Origin: Thermodesulfobacteriota bacterium | Lineage (GTDB): Bacteria > Desulfobacterota > Desulfobacteria > Desulfobacterales > SURF-7 | NCBI GenBank assembly: GCA_049320885.1 | Contig: JBMORA010000024.1 | Span: 1-64,000, forward strand | Reading direction: 5' to 3' | Length of the DNA stretch: 64,000 nucleotides | Part shown: positions 49,245 through 59,622 of the stretch, piece by piece | Layout: every line of letters starts with the position of its first letter | How positions within the stretch are numbered: position 1 is the stretch's first letter | Made by a program: the position numbers and the translations under genes | The notes under the pieces: model-generated | Database searches by the model: none | The model's input: only the letters and a program-made list of their open reading frames with translations | What the model was told of the DNA's origin: nothing

Positions 49245-49340
49245 AATCCGACCTTCCCTTGCTTCCGGTTTCCATCATCGGATGAAGGCGCAGGCCGCCG
49301 GGGTTTTCTTCCGGCGCGGATTCCCCTGCCAAAGCCTTCC

Positions 49341-50003
49341 TCAGCGCCGCGACCGCTGTTCCATTTCACCGCGAAATCCGGCGGCCATGGCATCCAGCAT
49401 CCGGTCCCGAACGGACAACGGGGATTCATGCATGTAATGGATCAGCTCGTTGTTGACGCCGGCGATATAGCCGTGCACCGTGCTCCAGTTCTGCACCAGA
49501 TAAAACCGGGCATCCTCTTCGGCAAGCGGCCTTCCCGCGGCCGCGGCGCATTCCTTGATCATCGCCAGCGCAAGATTCGTCACCTGCAGGGCAGTGACCA
49601 GTTCCCGGTGGGCGACCTCCTCCTGGGCGGTGCCGATATAATCATTGTATTTGGGGACATGCCAGGTGAACATGAGATTGTAAAAATTGGCGTTGCCCAG
49701 TCCGAAATCCATATAGGCTTCGATCAGGGCCTTCAATTTATCAAACGGGTCCGTGCATTCCCGGCAGGCCTGCTTCAATTTCTGAAACAGCATTTCAAAC
49801 CCTGCGGTCAGAATCCCCAGATACAGTTCGTCCTTGTTCCGATAATAACTGTATATCGCCGGCGTCGTCACCCCCATCATCTGGGCCAGTTTTTTCATGG
49901 TGAACCCCTCGAAGCCGGCTTTGTTCATCAGTGTCAGGGCATTCTGCAGAATTGTATTCTTGACCGCTTCGAATTCGGATTGATTTCGCTGTTTTCTAGG
50001 CAT
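49341..50003 (-). CDS. TetR family regulator
   Basis: GFEGFTMKKLA..GVT.PAIY.YY.NK. Confidence 0.92.
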   Translation of the reverse strand: MPRKQRNQSEFEAVKNTILQNALTLMNKAGFEGFTMKKLAQMMGVTTPAIYSYYRNKDELYLGILTAGFEMLFQKLKQACRECTDPFDKLKALIEAYMDFGLGNANFYNLMFTWHVPKYNDYIGTAQEEVAHRELVTALQVTNLALAMIKECAAAAGRPLAEEDARFYLVQNWSTVHGYIAGVNNELIHYMHESPLSVRDRMLDAMAAGFRGEMEQRSRR

Positions 50004-50006
50004 TTT

Positions 50007-50038
50007 CCCTTATTTTGACCCGCCCTTATTTTGACCCG
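50007..50038. repeat. Perfect 16-bp tandem duplication
   Basis: cccttattttgacccg x2. Confidence 0.9.
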
Positions 50039-50228
50039 ATTGATATTTATTTAATTAGATTAAATTAATTGTATTAAATTAATCATTCGCTATCATATTT
50101 CCGGTATTTGTCAAGTTTTTTTTACAAAATGAAACGGATTTACCTTGTGTAACAATTGAAAACCATTTAGGATAGCATTCGGTAACAATGTGGCAACGGC
50201 TGTCAAACTTCTGCCTGCATGAGCGCCC

Positions 50229-52634
50229 ATGACGAGACTTCGGCTTTCCACTTCCATTGTCTTCCTTTTTTGCGCTTTTTGCCTTTCTCCGTTCAATTCC
50301 TTTTCCGCGGAGCATAAACCCGGGGAAGTAGTCGTGGTTGCCCTGCGCAACTTTCCGCCGCATTATCTCACCAACAAAAGAACAGGTAAGCCGGACGGTT
50401 TTGCCATTGATATCATGAACAAGGTCGCTGAATTGAGCCACCTGACCGTTCGCTATGCCGCCTGCGATAACTGGCCCCAGGCCTTTGAGGCCCTTGAAAG
50501 CCGGAAGGCGCTGATAGCCCCCAACCTGGGAATTACCGATGAACGCCTGGCGTTGTACGATTTCACCACGCCCTATGAAACCTTCCGCATCAGCATTGTC
50601 GTCCGCAGCGCCACCGACGACATTAACGGCCTAAGCGATCTGGCCGGAAGAAAAGTCGGCGTCGTCGAAAAAAACCAAGGCCAGGTGCTGATGCGGCAAA
50701 AAGGCGGATCGGACCTCCTGGCGAATGATTCCATCGAAGAAGCCTTCATGGCGTTGCTTTCCGGTCAAGTGGATGCCATGGTCTGTCCGGAACAATTGAT
50801 CACGGAGATCGCCACCCGTTCGGGGCTGGAAGACAAGATTCGGATCGTCGAAAAGCCGCTCCAGGAGATCAAACGCGGCATCGCCGTCATCAAGGGCCAA
50901 CCGGAATTATTTTACCGGCTGGAAAAAGCAACCCGCAAGTTCATCAAAACGGATGAATTCCGGAAAATTTACGAAAAATGGTACGGCGAACCCAAACCGT
51001 TCTGGACGTTAGCCCGGGTGATCATCCTGACGGGGATCATCCTGGCTCTGACCACGGCGGGTTTGCTGACCTGGCGGTATAAATCCATCCTCAGGCTGAA
51101 CAGATACCTGGCGGAAGCGGAGGAACGCTTCCGGGGCATTGTGGAAAAAACGACGGCCGGCTATTTTTTCATCGACACCGAAGGCCGATTCCGGAACGTG
51201 AACCCCGCCTGGCTGAAAATGCATGGCTATGATTCCCCGGATGAAGTGATCGGCCAACCGTTTACCCTGACCCAGATGCCCGGGGATCTGGAAACGGCGC
51301 AGCAGAATGTAGCCCGGCTGCTCAGTGGAAATCCCTTCCCCACCGGCGAGTTTTCCCGGCGCTGCAAGGACGGGTCCATGGGATATCATACCTTTTCCGC
51401 CCAACCGGTGATCCGCAACGGTCGGGTGGCCGGCTTGGAAGGTTTCATCATCGATACGAGCGAATCCAAGCGTACGGAAGAGCAAACCCGTCAGTTGCAG
51501 AAGGCCGAAAGCCTGACCCGCATGGCCGGGGCCGTGGCCCACCACTTCAACAACCAGCTCAGCGCGGTACTCGGCAACCTGGAAATCGCCCTGGAAGATC
51601 TTCCCCGGGAAATGGACGTGAGCGGGTATTTGCGCGAGGCCATCCAGGCGGGCCGCAATGCAGCGGAAGTCAGCGGGCTGATGCTGACCTATCTCGGTCA
51701 ATCGTCCGCCAGGCTGGAACCGCTGGATCTTGCCGAGGTCTGCCGCAGCACCCTGCCGATGCTGAGGGAAGTGATCGGAAAGGATGTTTCCCTGGAAGCC
51801 GCCCTGCCCTCCTCCACCGGACCGGTTGTCAAGGCCAATGAACAGCTGCGGCAATTATTGAAAAACATCGTCTTGAACGCCGCTGAAACCTCCACAGGCG
51901 GCGGGACGATCCGCCTGACGCTCAAAACAGTTCGGTCAGACGACATTCCTGAATCGCACCGCTTCCCCGTTGAATGGAGCCCCCAGGAAGTCGCCTACGC
52001 CTGCCTGAATGTTCAGGACAGCGGGTCCGGCATTGCCGGCAGGGATATCGAACAGATTTTCGATCCGTTTTATACCACCAAATTCACCGGTCGGGGGTTG
52101 GGCCTGCCGGTCGCCCTGGGCATCGTCAAATCCTATAATGGTTGCATTGCGGTGGCCAGCGAACCGGGACAAGGCAGCGTCTTCCAGGTCTTCCTGCCCC
52201 TTTCCGAGACGGTTTCCCTTCCGGCGCACAAACCAGCCACCACATCCGCATCAACGCCCGGTGGATCGGTGCTGCTCATCGAGGATGAGGAACGGGTGCG
52301 CGCCATGGTAACGAATATGCTTGCAAAACTGGGGTACACCGTGCTTGCCGCCGGCGACGGCCGGGAGGGGCTCGAGACATTTCAACGGCATCGCGACCGC
52401 ATCCGTATTGTCCTCTGCGACTTGACCATGCCGCGCATGAACGGTTGGGAAACCATGGCGGCCCTGAGGGCAATCGACCCCGGCATCCCCATCGTTCTTA
52501 CCAGCGGCCATGATGAAACCCGGGTGATGCAGACGGATCATCCGGAGCGCCCCCAGGCGTTTCTTCATAAACCCTATCGCAAGGAAGAACTGCGGACAGC
52601 GTTTGAAAAAGCGCTCGCCGTGTCCCCGGATTAA
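50229..52634 (+). CDS. Hybrid sensor kinase (periplasmic SBP family 3 - PAS - HisKA/HATPase - REC)
   Basis: NFPP..GF.ID, AHHFNN H-box, DSGSG, GLGL, DLTMP, KPY. Confidence 0.92.
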   Translation: MTRLRLSTSIVFLFCAFCLSPFNSFSAEHKPGEVVVVALRNFPPHYLTNKRTGKPDGFAIDIMNKVAELSHLTVRYAACDNWPQAFEALESRKALIAPNLGITDERLALYDFTTPYETFRISIVVRSATDDINGLSDLAGRKVGVVEKNQGQVLMRQKGGSDLLANDSIEEAFMALLSGQVDAMVCPEQLITEIATRSGLEDKIRIVEKPLQEIKRGIAVIKGQPELFYRLEKATRKFIKTDEFRKIYEKWYGEPKPFWTLARVIILTGIILALTTAGLLTWRYKSILRLNRYLAEAEERFRGIVEKTTAGYFFIDTEGRFRNVNPAWLKMHGYDSPDEVIGQPFTLTQMPGDLETAQQNVARLLSGNPFPTGEFSRRCKDGSMGYHTFSAQPVIRNGRVAGLEGFIIDTSESKRTEEQTRQLQKAESLTRMAGAVAHHFNNQLSAVLGNLEIALEDLPREMDVSGYLREAIQAGRNAAEVSGLMLTYLGQSSARLEPLDLAEVCRSTLPMLREVIGKDVSLEAALPSSTGPVVKANEQLRQLLKNIVLNAAETSTGGGTIRLTLKTVRSDDIPESHRFPVEWSPQEVAYACLNVQDSGSGIAGRDIEQIFDPFYTTKFTGRGLGLPVALGIVKSYNGCIAVASEPGQGSVFQVFLPLSETVSLPAHKPATTSASTPGGSVLLIEDEERVRAMVTNMLAKLGYTVLAAGDGREGLETFQRHRDRIRIVLCDLTMPRMNGWETMAALRAIDPGIPIVLTSGHDETRVMQTDHPERPQAFLHKPYRKEELRTAFEKALAVSPD

Positions 52635-52691
52635 GACAATCTCCTTGTTCGGATATATTTACAACCGGATGCTGGATGAATCGGCATCCGG

Positions 52692-53585
52692 ATGGAAAGG
52701 CAAAATGGAATGGACGACCGTCACTCTTTATCTGATTCCGGCCGACAAGTCGCCATTGTAACCGGCGGGGCTTCGGGCATCGGCAAAGCTCTCTGCGAGG
52801 AACTGGCCAAACGGGGCTGCAGCGTAATCCTGGCGGACCTCCAGATTGAATTGGCCCGGGAAACCGCGTCGGACATTTGCGCGGCCGGGGGCATGGCCGA
52901 GGCGCATGAACTGGATGTCACCCGGTTTGCCATGGTGGACGAGCTGGTTCGACAAACGATCCAGCGCCAGGGACGGATCGACTATATGTTCAACAATGCC
53001 GGTATCGGCATCGGGGGGGAGGTACGGCATTTTTCCATCGAGGACTGGGACCGCATCATTGACGTCAATTTCCGTGGCGTGACCAACGGGATTCAAGCGG
53101 TTTACTGCCGAATGATCGAGCAGGGTTTCGGACATATCGTCAACACCGCCTCCATGGCGGGTCTCGGTCCCACCCCCCTGACCGTGGCATACTCAGCCAC
53201 GAAACATGCGGTGGTCGGACTCTCCAAGTCCCTCCGGGCCGAAGCCGCCGCCTATGGCGTGCGCGTCAGCGTTCTCTGTCCTGGCGTCATCCGCACCCCC
53301 ATTCTCAGCGGCGGAAAATACGGGAAATTCTTGATACGCGACCATGGTAAAAAACTGACTCCCATGTTGGAGCGCCTGAGACCAATGCCGCCCGGAGTTT
53401 TTGCTCCGAAAGTGATGGACGCCCTGATCCGCAACCAGGCCATTATCATTGTTCCGGCTTGGTGGAAACTCATCTGGTATCTTCATCGGCTTTTCCCTTT
53501 GCTCGGGATTTACCTGACTGAAAAGGCTGTTCAGGACGCTCGCAAAGAGCTTGACCTGGGAGGCCATACCCATGAATCAGGTTGA
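52692..53585 (+). CDS. Short-chain dehydrogenase/reductase
   Basis: TGGASGIG, NNAG, YSATK. Confidence 0.93.
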   Translation: MERQNGMDDRHSLSDSGRQVAIVTGGASGIGKALCEELAKRGCSVILADLQIELARETASDICAAGGMAEAHELDVTRFAMVDELVRQTIQRQGRIDYMFNNAGIGIGGEVRHFSIEDWDRIIDVNFRGVTNGIQAVYCRMIEQGFGHIVNTASMAGLGPTPLTVAYSATKHAVVGLSKSLRAEAAAYGVRVSVLCPGVIRTPILSGGKYGKFLIRDHGKKLTPMLERLRPMPPGVFAPKVMDALIRNQAIIIVPAWWKLIWYLHRLFPLLGIYLTEKAVQDARKELDLGGHTHESG

Positions 53586-53589
53586 ACAT

Positions 53590-53657
53590 AGCGATAATGC
53601 TTGGTCATCAGGCAATAGGCCTGCACAAAGATTTCCTCTTCGATTCGCCCGTGCCAT
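53590..53657 (-). mobile_element. Degenerate Y1 (IS200/RAYT-like) transposase remnant
   Basis: MARANRR, then frameshifted VQAYCLMTKHY (cf. RGNxR..IF and AYCLMxNHxH). Confidence 0.55.
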
Positions 53658-53748
53658 CGCACGCAACGGCTCCACATCGCCAATAATGAATATATAAGAT
53701 GCGAACCATTAGTCTTCAAAATCCATCGGCTGGTCTTGCCGAACGATT

Positions 53749-55932
53749 TTATTCCGTCTCCTGAATTCCAGTTTCCGAAGACTCTGTTTTGTGCAACACG
53801 ATCAGCGCATCCACGGCCACCGGACGGTCCTGCCGGATGATCAGCGGATTGATATCGATTTCCCGGATTTCAGCATGCAGGAACGGCAGCCGGCTGATGG
53901 TGGACAACACCGCGGCGATGGCGTTTTCATCCACGGCCGGCATCCCCCGGGTTTCGGCCAGGATTTTTTTGTTCCGGATACCATGAACCATTTCCCTTGC
54001 TTCCCCTTGGCTGACCGGGGCCAGGCGGTAGGTCACATCGTTCAGCGCCTCGGTAAAGATGCCGCCCACGCCGAAGGCCACGCAATGACCGAATTGCGCG
54101 TCCAGGGTGACGCCGGCCAGGACCTCCCGCCGACCTTGAATCATTTCCCCCACCAGCACCGCCACCGGGCGACCCACGGCCTTTTGGATGGCGTGAAATG
54201 CCGCGGTAACGCCCGGAATATCGGTCACCTGGATATGCACCAGCCCCTGCTCGGTTTTGTGAAGAATTCGGGGATCACAGGCCTTGACCACCACGGGAAA
54301 TCCGATGGTTTGCGCCGCCGTCACCGCCTCGTCCGCTTCGTGGCACAGCATTTCCCGGGGAACGGCTATCCCGTAAGCGCCCAGCACCTGCTTGGCTGAA
54401 AATTCATCCAGGGCGGTCTGGCGGTTTTTCATTGCCTGCTTCAGAATGGCCGCGGCTTTTGGATCCGCCGCCATCTCCGGCGCCGGCTGGTACGGAAGCC
54501 GGTCCCGGACCGCCTTGGCGGCAACCAGAACGGCCATGGCCCGGGCCGCTTTTTCCGGCGCGTCATAGACCGGGACATCGTTGTCCAGATAGGCCCGGAT
54601 ATAATTGTCCGAGCCGCCGAAAAACGAGGAAATGATCAGGGGCATCTGATGTTCACATCCGATCCGGGCGGCAGCCGTGAGATCATCGGTTCCGCTTTTC
54701 ACCAGATCCTCCAGGGTTACGCCGGGCATGAGATCGGCGAAATGCGGAAACACAACCCGCATGAAACCCGTGTTCATGGCCCCGTGAAGCACCACCCCGT
54801 CGACTTCCCCGCTTTTCATGACCAGTTCCGTTATTGTGCGGGTCATGACCTTCATGTCCAGGGCAAAGGTCAAATCCACGGGATTGCCGCAGGGGGCATG
54901 GGCCGGCATCAGGGGCCGGATTTTTTCCTGAAGCGCCTCGGAAAACGGTGGCATCACGCATCCATGGGCATCGCAGGTGTCGGCGATGGCGGACCCCGGC
55001 CCGCCGGAATTGGTGATGATGGCGATGCGATTGCCCTGGATCGGCGGCTGGGTGGCCAACGCCCAGCCCATGCCGTAAAGGTCTTCAATGGAATAGACCC
55101 GGATAATGCCCGCCTGGCGGAACAGGCCGTCATAGAGAAAATCCTTTCCGGCCATGGCCCCGGTGTGGCTGAGCCCGGCCCGGCCCCCGGCTTCGGAGCC
55201 GCCGATGTATTGGGCGATGACGGGTTTATGGGGCGTAATGCGCCGGGCCACCCGCAAAAAGCGCCGGGGGTCGCGGATGGTCTCGATATACATGGAAATG
55301 GCGGTGGTAAGGGGATCGCTGCCCATATATTCCAGGGCATCGACAAGATTGATGTCGGCTTCATTGCCCAGGCTGACGGCCTTGCCCAGGCGGATGCCGC
55401 GTTTTTCCAGATAATCCACGGTCTGGGCCACATAGGTGCCGCTCTGGGAAATCAGCCCCAGGGGTCCCGGCTTGCCGACAATCCGGGAAACCGAGGTGTT
55501 CAGGGAAATATCGCGGTTGACAATGCCCATGCAGTTGGGGCCGATGAACCGGATGCCGTATCGTTTGGCCAGGGCTTTGAGTTCCGCTTCCAGTTGTCTG
55601 CCTTCCTCGCCGGCTTCATTGAATCCCGCTGTAATGATAATGGCGAATTTCGTTCCGATTTTTCCGAAGGCCTCAAACACCGGCAACAGGTGCCGGGCCG
55701 GCAGGACGAACATGGCCAGATCCGGGGCCTCGGGCAAATCCAGGGGGGAGACATAGGCCGGATGCCCCAGAACGGTTTTTTCCCTCGGGTGTACCGGGTA
55801 AAATCTCCCCGCATACCCGTCTTTTATGATGCTCAGAGCGTGCATGGTCCCCATTTTCATGGGATTGTTGCTGGCTCCGACAATGGCAATGGACTTGGGA
55901 TTCATCAGCGCGTGAAAAAAAGGTTCTGACAT
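53749..55932 (-). CDS. ADP-forming acyl-CoA synthetase (alpha-beta fused)
   Basis: GPNCMG, SQSG, SHTG phospho-His, ATP-grasp HKTE..EIDINP. Confidence 0.92.
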   Translation of the reverse strand: MSEPFFHALMNPKSIAIVGASNNPMKMGTMHALSIIKDGYAGRFYPVHPREKTVLGHPAYVSPLDLPEAPDLAMFVLPARHLLPVFEAFGKIGTKFAIIITAGFNEAGEEGRQLEAELKALAKRYGIRFIGPNCMGIVNRDISLNTSVSRIVGKPGPLGLISQSGTYVAQTVDYLEKRGIRLGKAVSLGNEADINLVDALEYMGSDPLTTAISMYIETIRDPRRFLRVARRITPHKPVIAQYIGGSEAGGRAGLSHTGAMAGKDFLYDGLFRQAGIIRVYSIEDLYGMGWALATQPPIQGNRIAIITNSGGPGSAIADTCDAHGCVMPPFSEALQEKIRPLMPAHAPCGNPVDLTFALDMKVMTRTITELVMKSGEVDGVVLHGAMNTGFMRVVFPHFADLMPGVTLEDLVKSGTDDLTAAARIGCEHQMPLIISSFFGGSDNYIRAYLDNDVPVYDAPEKAARAMAVLVAAKAVRDRLPYQPAPEMAADPKAAAILKQAMKNRQTALDEFSAKQVLGAYGIAVPREMLCHEADEAVTAAQTIGFPVVVKACDPRILHKTEQGLVHIQVTDIPGVTAAFHAIQKAVGRPVAVLVGEMIQGRREVLAGVTLDAQFGHCVAFGVGGIFTEALNDVTYRLAPVSQGEAREMVHGIRNKKILAETRGMPAVDENAIAAVLSTISRLPFLHAEIREIDINPLIIRQDRPVAVDALIVLHKTESSETGIQETE

Positions 55933-56262
55933 GGAGCTCTCCTGATTTTGGAATCAACCCATAAAAAAGAATAGAATAACAGGTGAGCCTCCGGGTTGCA
56001 ATAAAAAATCGAGCGTTCGTTCTTTTTTGCCATGGAATTGTGGCCCTGCACCCCCGCGGACAGACAGCGCGATGGAAGCATGCCGCTCAATAAAGATCTC
56101 GATTTATGGATGGACACCAATTCATTGTTTTGGTAGGATTGCAACAATTTTTCCTTCAAAGAAACAACGGAATAGATGGAAAAAAGCCGGAGAAAACCAG
56201 ATCAAAAGCCTTATGATGAATTTTTCATGTGTCCTGTCGTTCTTCAGAAAAGGAGATTTTCA

Positions 56263-57114
56263 ATGAAGCTGCGCTGTGTTTTGTCACTCTCGACGGTCGT
56301 CATTCTTTTCATCACCGCGGTCCTGCCGGCCTACGCCGCTTCGCCGGGCAAAGAGCCGGATGCCGCCGGCTGCGCCGACCACCCCCTTTTCACCCGTATG
56401 TTGAACATGCGTCTGGTGCAATGCAGGACCCTGCCCTTCGACAGTTTTAAATTCAAAACCGGCAAGGGGACGGAAAATGTCGTGGAAGGAAAACGATTCG
56501 AGATCAAATACCAAATTTTTCCAGGCTATGACTATCCCGGTCCGCTCGCCATCATCCGCAACCACCAGCAGGCGATTTCCGCCATCGGTGGAACTGTTCT
56601 ATATGAGGACCAGCGGTACACCTGGCTGAAGGTGGCCAAGGACGGGAAGGAAATCTGGGCGCAGGTGGATACGGCCTGGAACAAGGGATATATGCTGACG
56701 ATAATTGAAAAACAGGCCATGGCCCAGGAGGTGGTGGCCAGCGCCGAGCTCTTCAAGTCGGGCCTGGATGCCACCGGGCATGTTGAAGTTCCCGGCATCT
56801 TCTTCGACACCGGCAAATCGGTTCTGAAACCCGAATCCGAGGCTGCCGTGGCTGAAATCGCCAAGCTATTGAAAACCGATCCTGGCCTCAAGGTATACGT
56901 GGTCGGGCACACCGACAATGTCGCTGCGCTGGATTTGAACCTGAAGTTGTCCCGGGCCAGGGCGGAGGCCGTTGTGCAGGCCCTGGTGTCCGGGCATGGT
57001 GTTCCGGGCGGCCGCCTGATCGGTCAGGGAGTTGGCCCACTGGCACCGGTCGCCAGCAACGACAACGAAGAAGGACGGTCCAAAAACCGCCGGGTGGAGC
57101 TGGTCAAACAGTAA
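56263..57114 (+). CDS. OmpA-like peptidoglycan-binding protein
   Basis: Signal peptide, DHPL..R, FDTGK, GHTD, NRRVE. Confidence 0.9.
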   Translation: MKLRCVLSLSTVVILFITAVLPAYAASPGKEPDAAGCADHPLFTRMLNMRLVQCRTLPFDSFKFKTGKGTENVVEGKRFEIKYQIFPGYDYPGPLAIIRNHQQAISAIGGTVLYEDQRYTWLKVAKDGKEIWAQVDTAWNKGYMLTIIEKQAMAQEVVASAELFKSGLDATGHVEVPGIFFDTGKSVLKPESEAAVAEIAKLLKTDPGLKVYVVGHTDNVAALDLNLKLSRARAEAVVQALVSGHGVPGGRLIGQGVGPLAPVASNDNEEGRSKNRRVELVKQ

Positions 57115-57172
57115 ACCCGCTGCACCAGGCCGCGATATTCTCCCTGGTGCAGATCGTTCCCTCTTTCCAGAA

Positions 57173-58756
57173 TCAGTTGATACGGTTTGCAGTCGAAGGG
57201 CCAATTATGGTGGAACCCTGCAAGGGTGTACGATTGATTGAAATGTTCAGCTTTTTCATTCTCGCCCGCAAGGTGGAAGGGTTCATCTTCAACAGTTCCG
57301 CGGCCCCTCCCGGCCCATCGATTTTTCCATTGGATCGAATCAGGCTTTGATTGATATGCCTGATCATCATTTCTTCCATGCTCGGGAAGCCATCGCTTGG
57401 GTGTGAGTCGGAATGGTCCTCGGTATACGGTTCGACCGAGACAAGGTTTTCAAAGGACATCGGTTTCCCTTTGCACAGGATCAAGGCTCTTTCAAGAATA
57501 TTCTGAAGTTCACGCACATTGCCGGGCCAATCATATGCAATAAGCTGGTCCATGGCCCTGGGGCTTAAACGCGGCTGAAATGGAAGGTTCATTTCAAATA
57601 GCTTGTTGTTTATCAGGTATTGCACCAGCGCAGGGATATCCCGCTTGCGTTCCCTGAGTGGCGGCACGTTGATCGGAAACACATTCAGCCGATACCAGAG
57701 ATCTTGCCTGAATCTGCGTTCTTTCATCATGCGTGACAGATTTCTATTGGTCGCGGCGATGACCCGTACATCAACCGGTATTGGTTCGCCGCCCCCGACA
57801 CGCTGGATGGTTTTATTCTGGAGAACCCGCAGGAGTTTTGTTTGCGCTTGAAGTGACAATTCGCCGATCTCATCCAAAAACAGAGACCCTTTGTCGGCCA
57901 GTTCGAAATATCCGACTTTTTTCCCGTCCGCACCTGTGAACGCGCCTTTTTCAAAACCGAACAATTCGCTATCCAGCAGTGACTCCGGAATGGCACCGCA
58001 ATTAACGGCGATGAACGGCCCTTTCGAACGTTTTGATGCGCCATGGAGCGAATTGGCGACCAGTTCCTTGCCGACCCCTGTTTCACCGGTTATCAAAACA
58101 GGGCTGTCCAGCGGAGCCACCTGCTCCACCTGCTGCAGTATCTGTCGGAGACCATCCTGACTGTTCAATGCCAGGTCAATTCGCTGGTGTTCCAGCAGAT
58201 TTCTGATTTCCAGGCCTCCTGAAAGCTCGTTTTTTCTTTGGCAGTCCACCTCCAGCAAATCCAAGAGCCGGAGTAACGCGTTGCCCAGTGGATCGGCTAT
58301 ATGGTGGATCAGATCGACGTGCCCGGGTTGATATCGGTTTTCACCATACGCGGCAAACGAGAGCCCGGCATAGCGTGATACAGAAGTCGGGATGGTCAAT
58401 GCCACAGCCGAGATGATGGCTTTAACGCTGAAATAATTAGCAATTTCCTTGGCATACGGACGCTCGTTGGAATTGTTGATGATCAAGATTCTCTTTTTCT
58501 TGATCTCATCGACCGCTTTTCCAGCCTCGCCTGTGAGTGTGAACATTTCATTCAGCAGTATCGGTTTCTTGTTGACTACAAAGGCCTTGTAGGTAAACAC
58601 GCCCGTGGTCGAATCGTATGTCGGCACATGCAGGGTGTCGATCGGAAAAAACTCGGACAACAACTCATATAGTTCAACCAGAAACTGCTTTGAATGGAGG
58701 GTCTGCGAACTGATTACCGCAAGTGTTTCCTTGATATAATGAATTTGCCGATGCAT
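57173..58756 (-). CDS. Sigma54-dependent activator (GAF-like - AAA+ - HTH)
   Basis: GETGVGKE, GAFTGA, FLDEIGE, WPGNVREL, GAAELL..PSTL. Confidence 0.93.
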   Translation of the reverse strand: MHRQIHYIKETLAVISSQTLHSKQFLVELYELLSEFFPIDTLHVPTYDSTTGVFTYKAFVVNKKPILLNEMFTLTGEAGKAVDEIKKKRILIINNSNERPYAKEIANYFSVKAIISAVALTIPTSVSRYAGLSFAAYGENRYQPGHVDLIHHIADPLGNALLRLLDLLEVDCQRKNELSGGLEIRNLLEHQRIDLALNSQDGLRQILQQVEQVAPLDSPVLITGETGVGKELVANSLHGASKRSKGPFIAVNCGAIPESLLDSELFGFEKGAFTGADGKKVGYFELADKGSLFLDEIGELSLQAQTKLLRVLQNKTIQRVGGGEPIPVDVRVIAATNRNLSRMMKERRFRQDLWYRLNVFPINVPPLRERKRDIPALVQYLINNKLFEMNLPFQPRLSPRAMDQLIAYDWPGNVRELQNILERALILCKGKPMSFENLVSVEPYTEDHSDSHPSDGFPSMEEMMIRHINQSLIRSNGKIDGPGGAAELLKMNPSTLRARMKKLNISINRTPLQGSTIIGPSTANRIN

Positions 58757-58780
58757 GGATTTGTGACCCCGCCCTTGAAT

Positions 58781-58816
58781 CCGCCATATTTTACGTTTCC
58801 GCAATATGTAACGTTC
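58781..58816. promoter_or_regulatory. Candidate enhancer (UAS): imperfect 18-bp tandem repeat
   Basis: ccgccatattttacgttt / ccgcaatatgtaacgttc, 70-105 bp upstream of the sigma54 promoter. Confidence 0.45.
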
Positions 58817-58885
58817 CTTCCTATCATATTTGGCGCCGAATCGCAATTCCAAGAATAACTATCCGTATTTTTATGCATAATTTGT

Positions 58886-58902
58886 TTGGCATTCGATTTG
58901 CT
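58886..58902 (+). promoter_or_regulatory. Sigma54 promoter
   Basis: TTGGCATTCGATTTGCT (GG-N10-GC), divergent from the activator gene. Confidence 0.8.
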
Positions 58903-58974
58903 TGAGTGCACCCAGTAAAGAATCGGTGCCTGAAAAGCACCCTGCCGTGACCGCTACATCGGAGGAGTACCCCC

Positions 58975-59610
58975 ATGAGCCACCAACTATTTGAATCCAT
59001 GAAAAACCAGATCCTGGCATTTAACGAATCAGCCTTGCTGGCAACCGTCGACGAGGCATTGAGCCGGGGAATCAACCCGGCTGAAATCATTGCCCAAGGT
59101 CTTTCAGCAGGCTTGGGAATAGTGGGCGATCATTTTGAAAAAGGTCAATTCTTTTTGCCGGAGCTGATGCTCAGCGGCGATCTCATGAAAAAGGCGCTTG
59201 ATAAATTGCGTCCCCATATGGTTTCGGGCAACCAACAATCTTCAGGAAAAATACTTTTGGGCACCATTGAAGGGGATATTCATTACATTGGGAAAAACAT
59301 TTTTTCAGCAGTCCTCGAAGGTGACGGTTATGAAATACATGACCTCGGGGTTGATGTACCGCCGACGGTGTTTTTGGAAAAGGCCAAAGAAATTGAACCG
59401 GATGTCATTGGAATGTCCGCCCTGATCTCCATCGCGGTTTCCAAAATCGCCGAAGCCGTAAATCTGCTGCGGGATAACGGAATCCAGTCCAAAATCCTTG
59501 TTGGGGGGGCGGCCCTGACGGAGGGAAACGCCAAGACGGTGGGCGCAGATGCCTATGCCTTTGATGCGTGGCAGGGACTCAGATTTGTGCGCAAACAAAC
59601 CAATAAATAG
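58975..59610 (+). CDS. Corrinoid (B12-binding) protein
   Basis: FLPEL cap, GDIHYIGKN (DxHxxG), SAL, VGGA. Confidence 0.93.
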   Translation: MSHQLFESMKNQILAFNESALLATVDEALSRGINPAEIIAQGLSAGLGIVGDHFEKGQFFLPELMLSGDLMKKALDKLRPHMVSGNQQSSGKILLGTIEGDIHYIGKNIFSAVLEGDGYEIHDLGVDVPPTVFLEKAKEIEPDVIGMSALISIAVSKIAEAVNLLRDNGIQSKILVGGAALTEGNAKTVGADAYAFDAWQGLRFVRKQTNK

Positions 59611-59622
59611 GAGGAACGGCAT

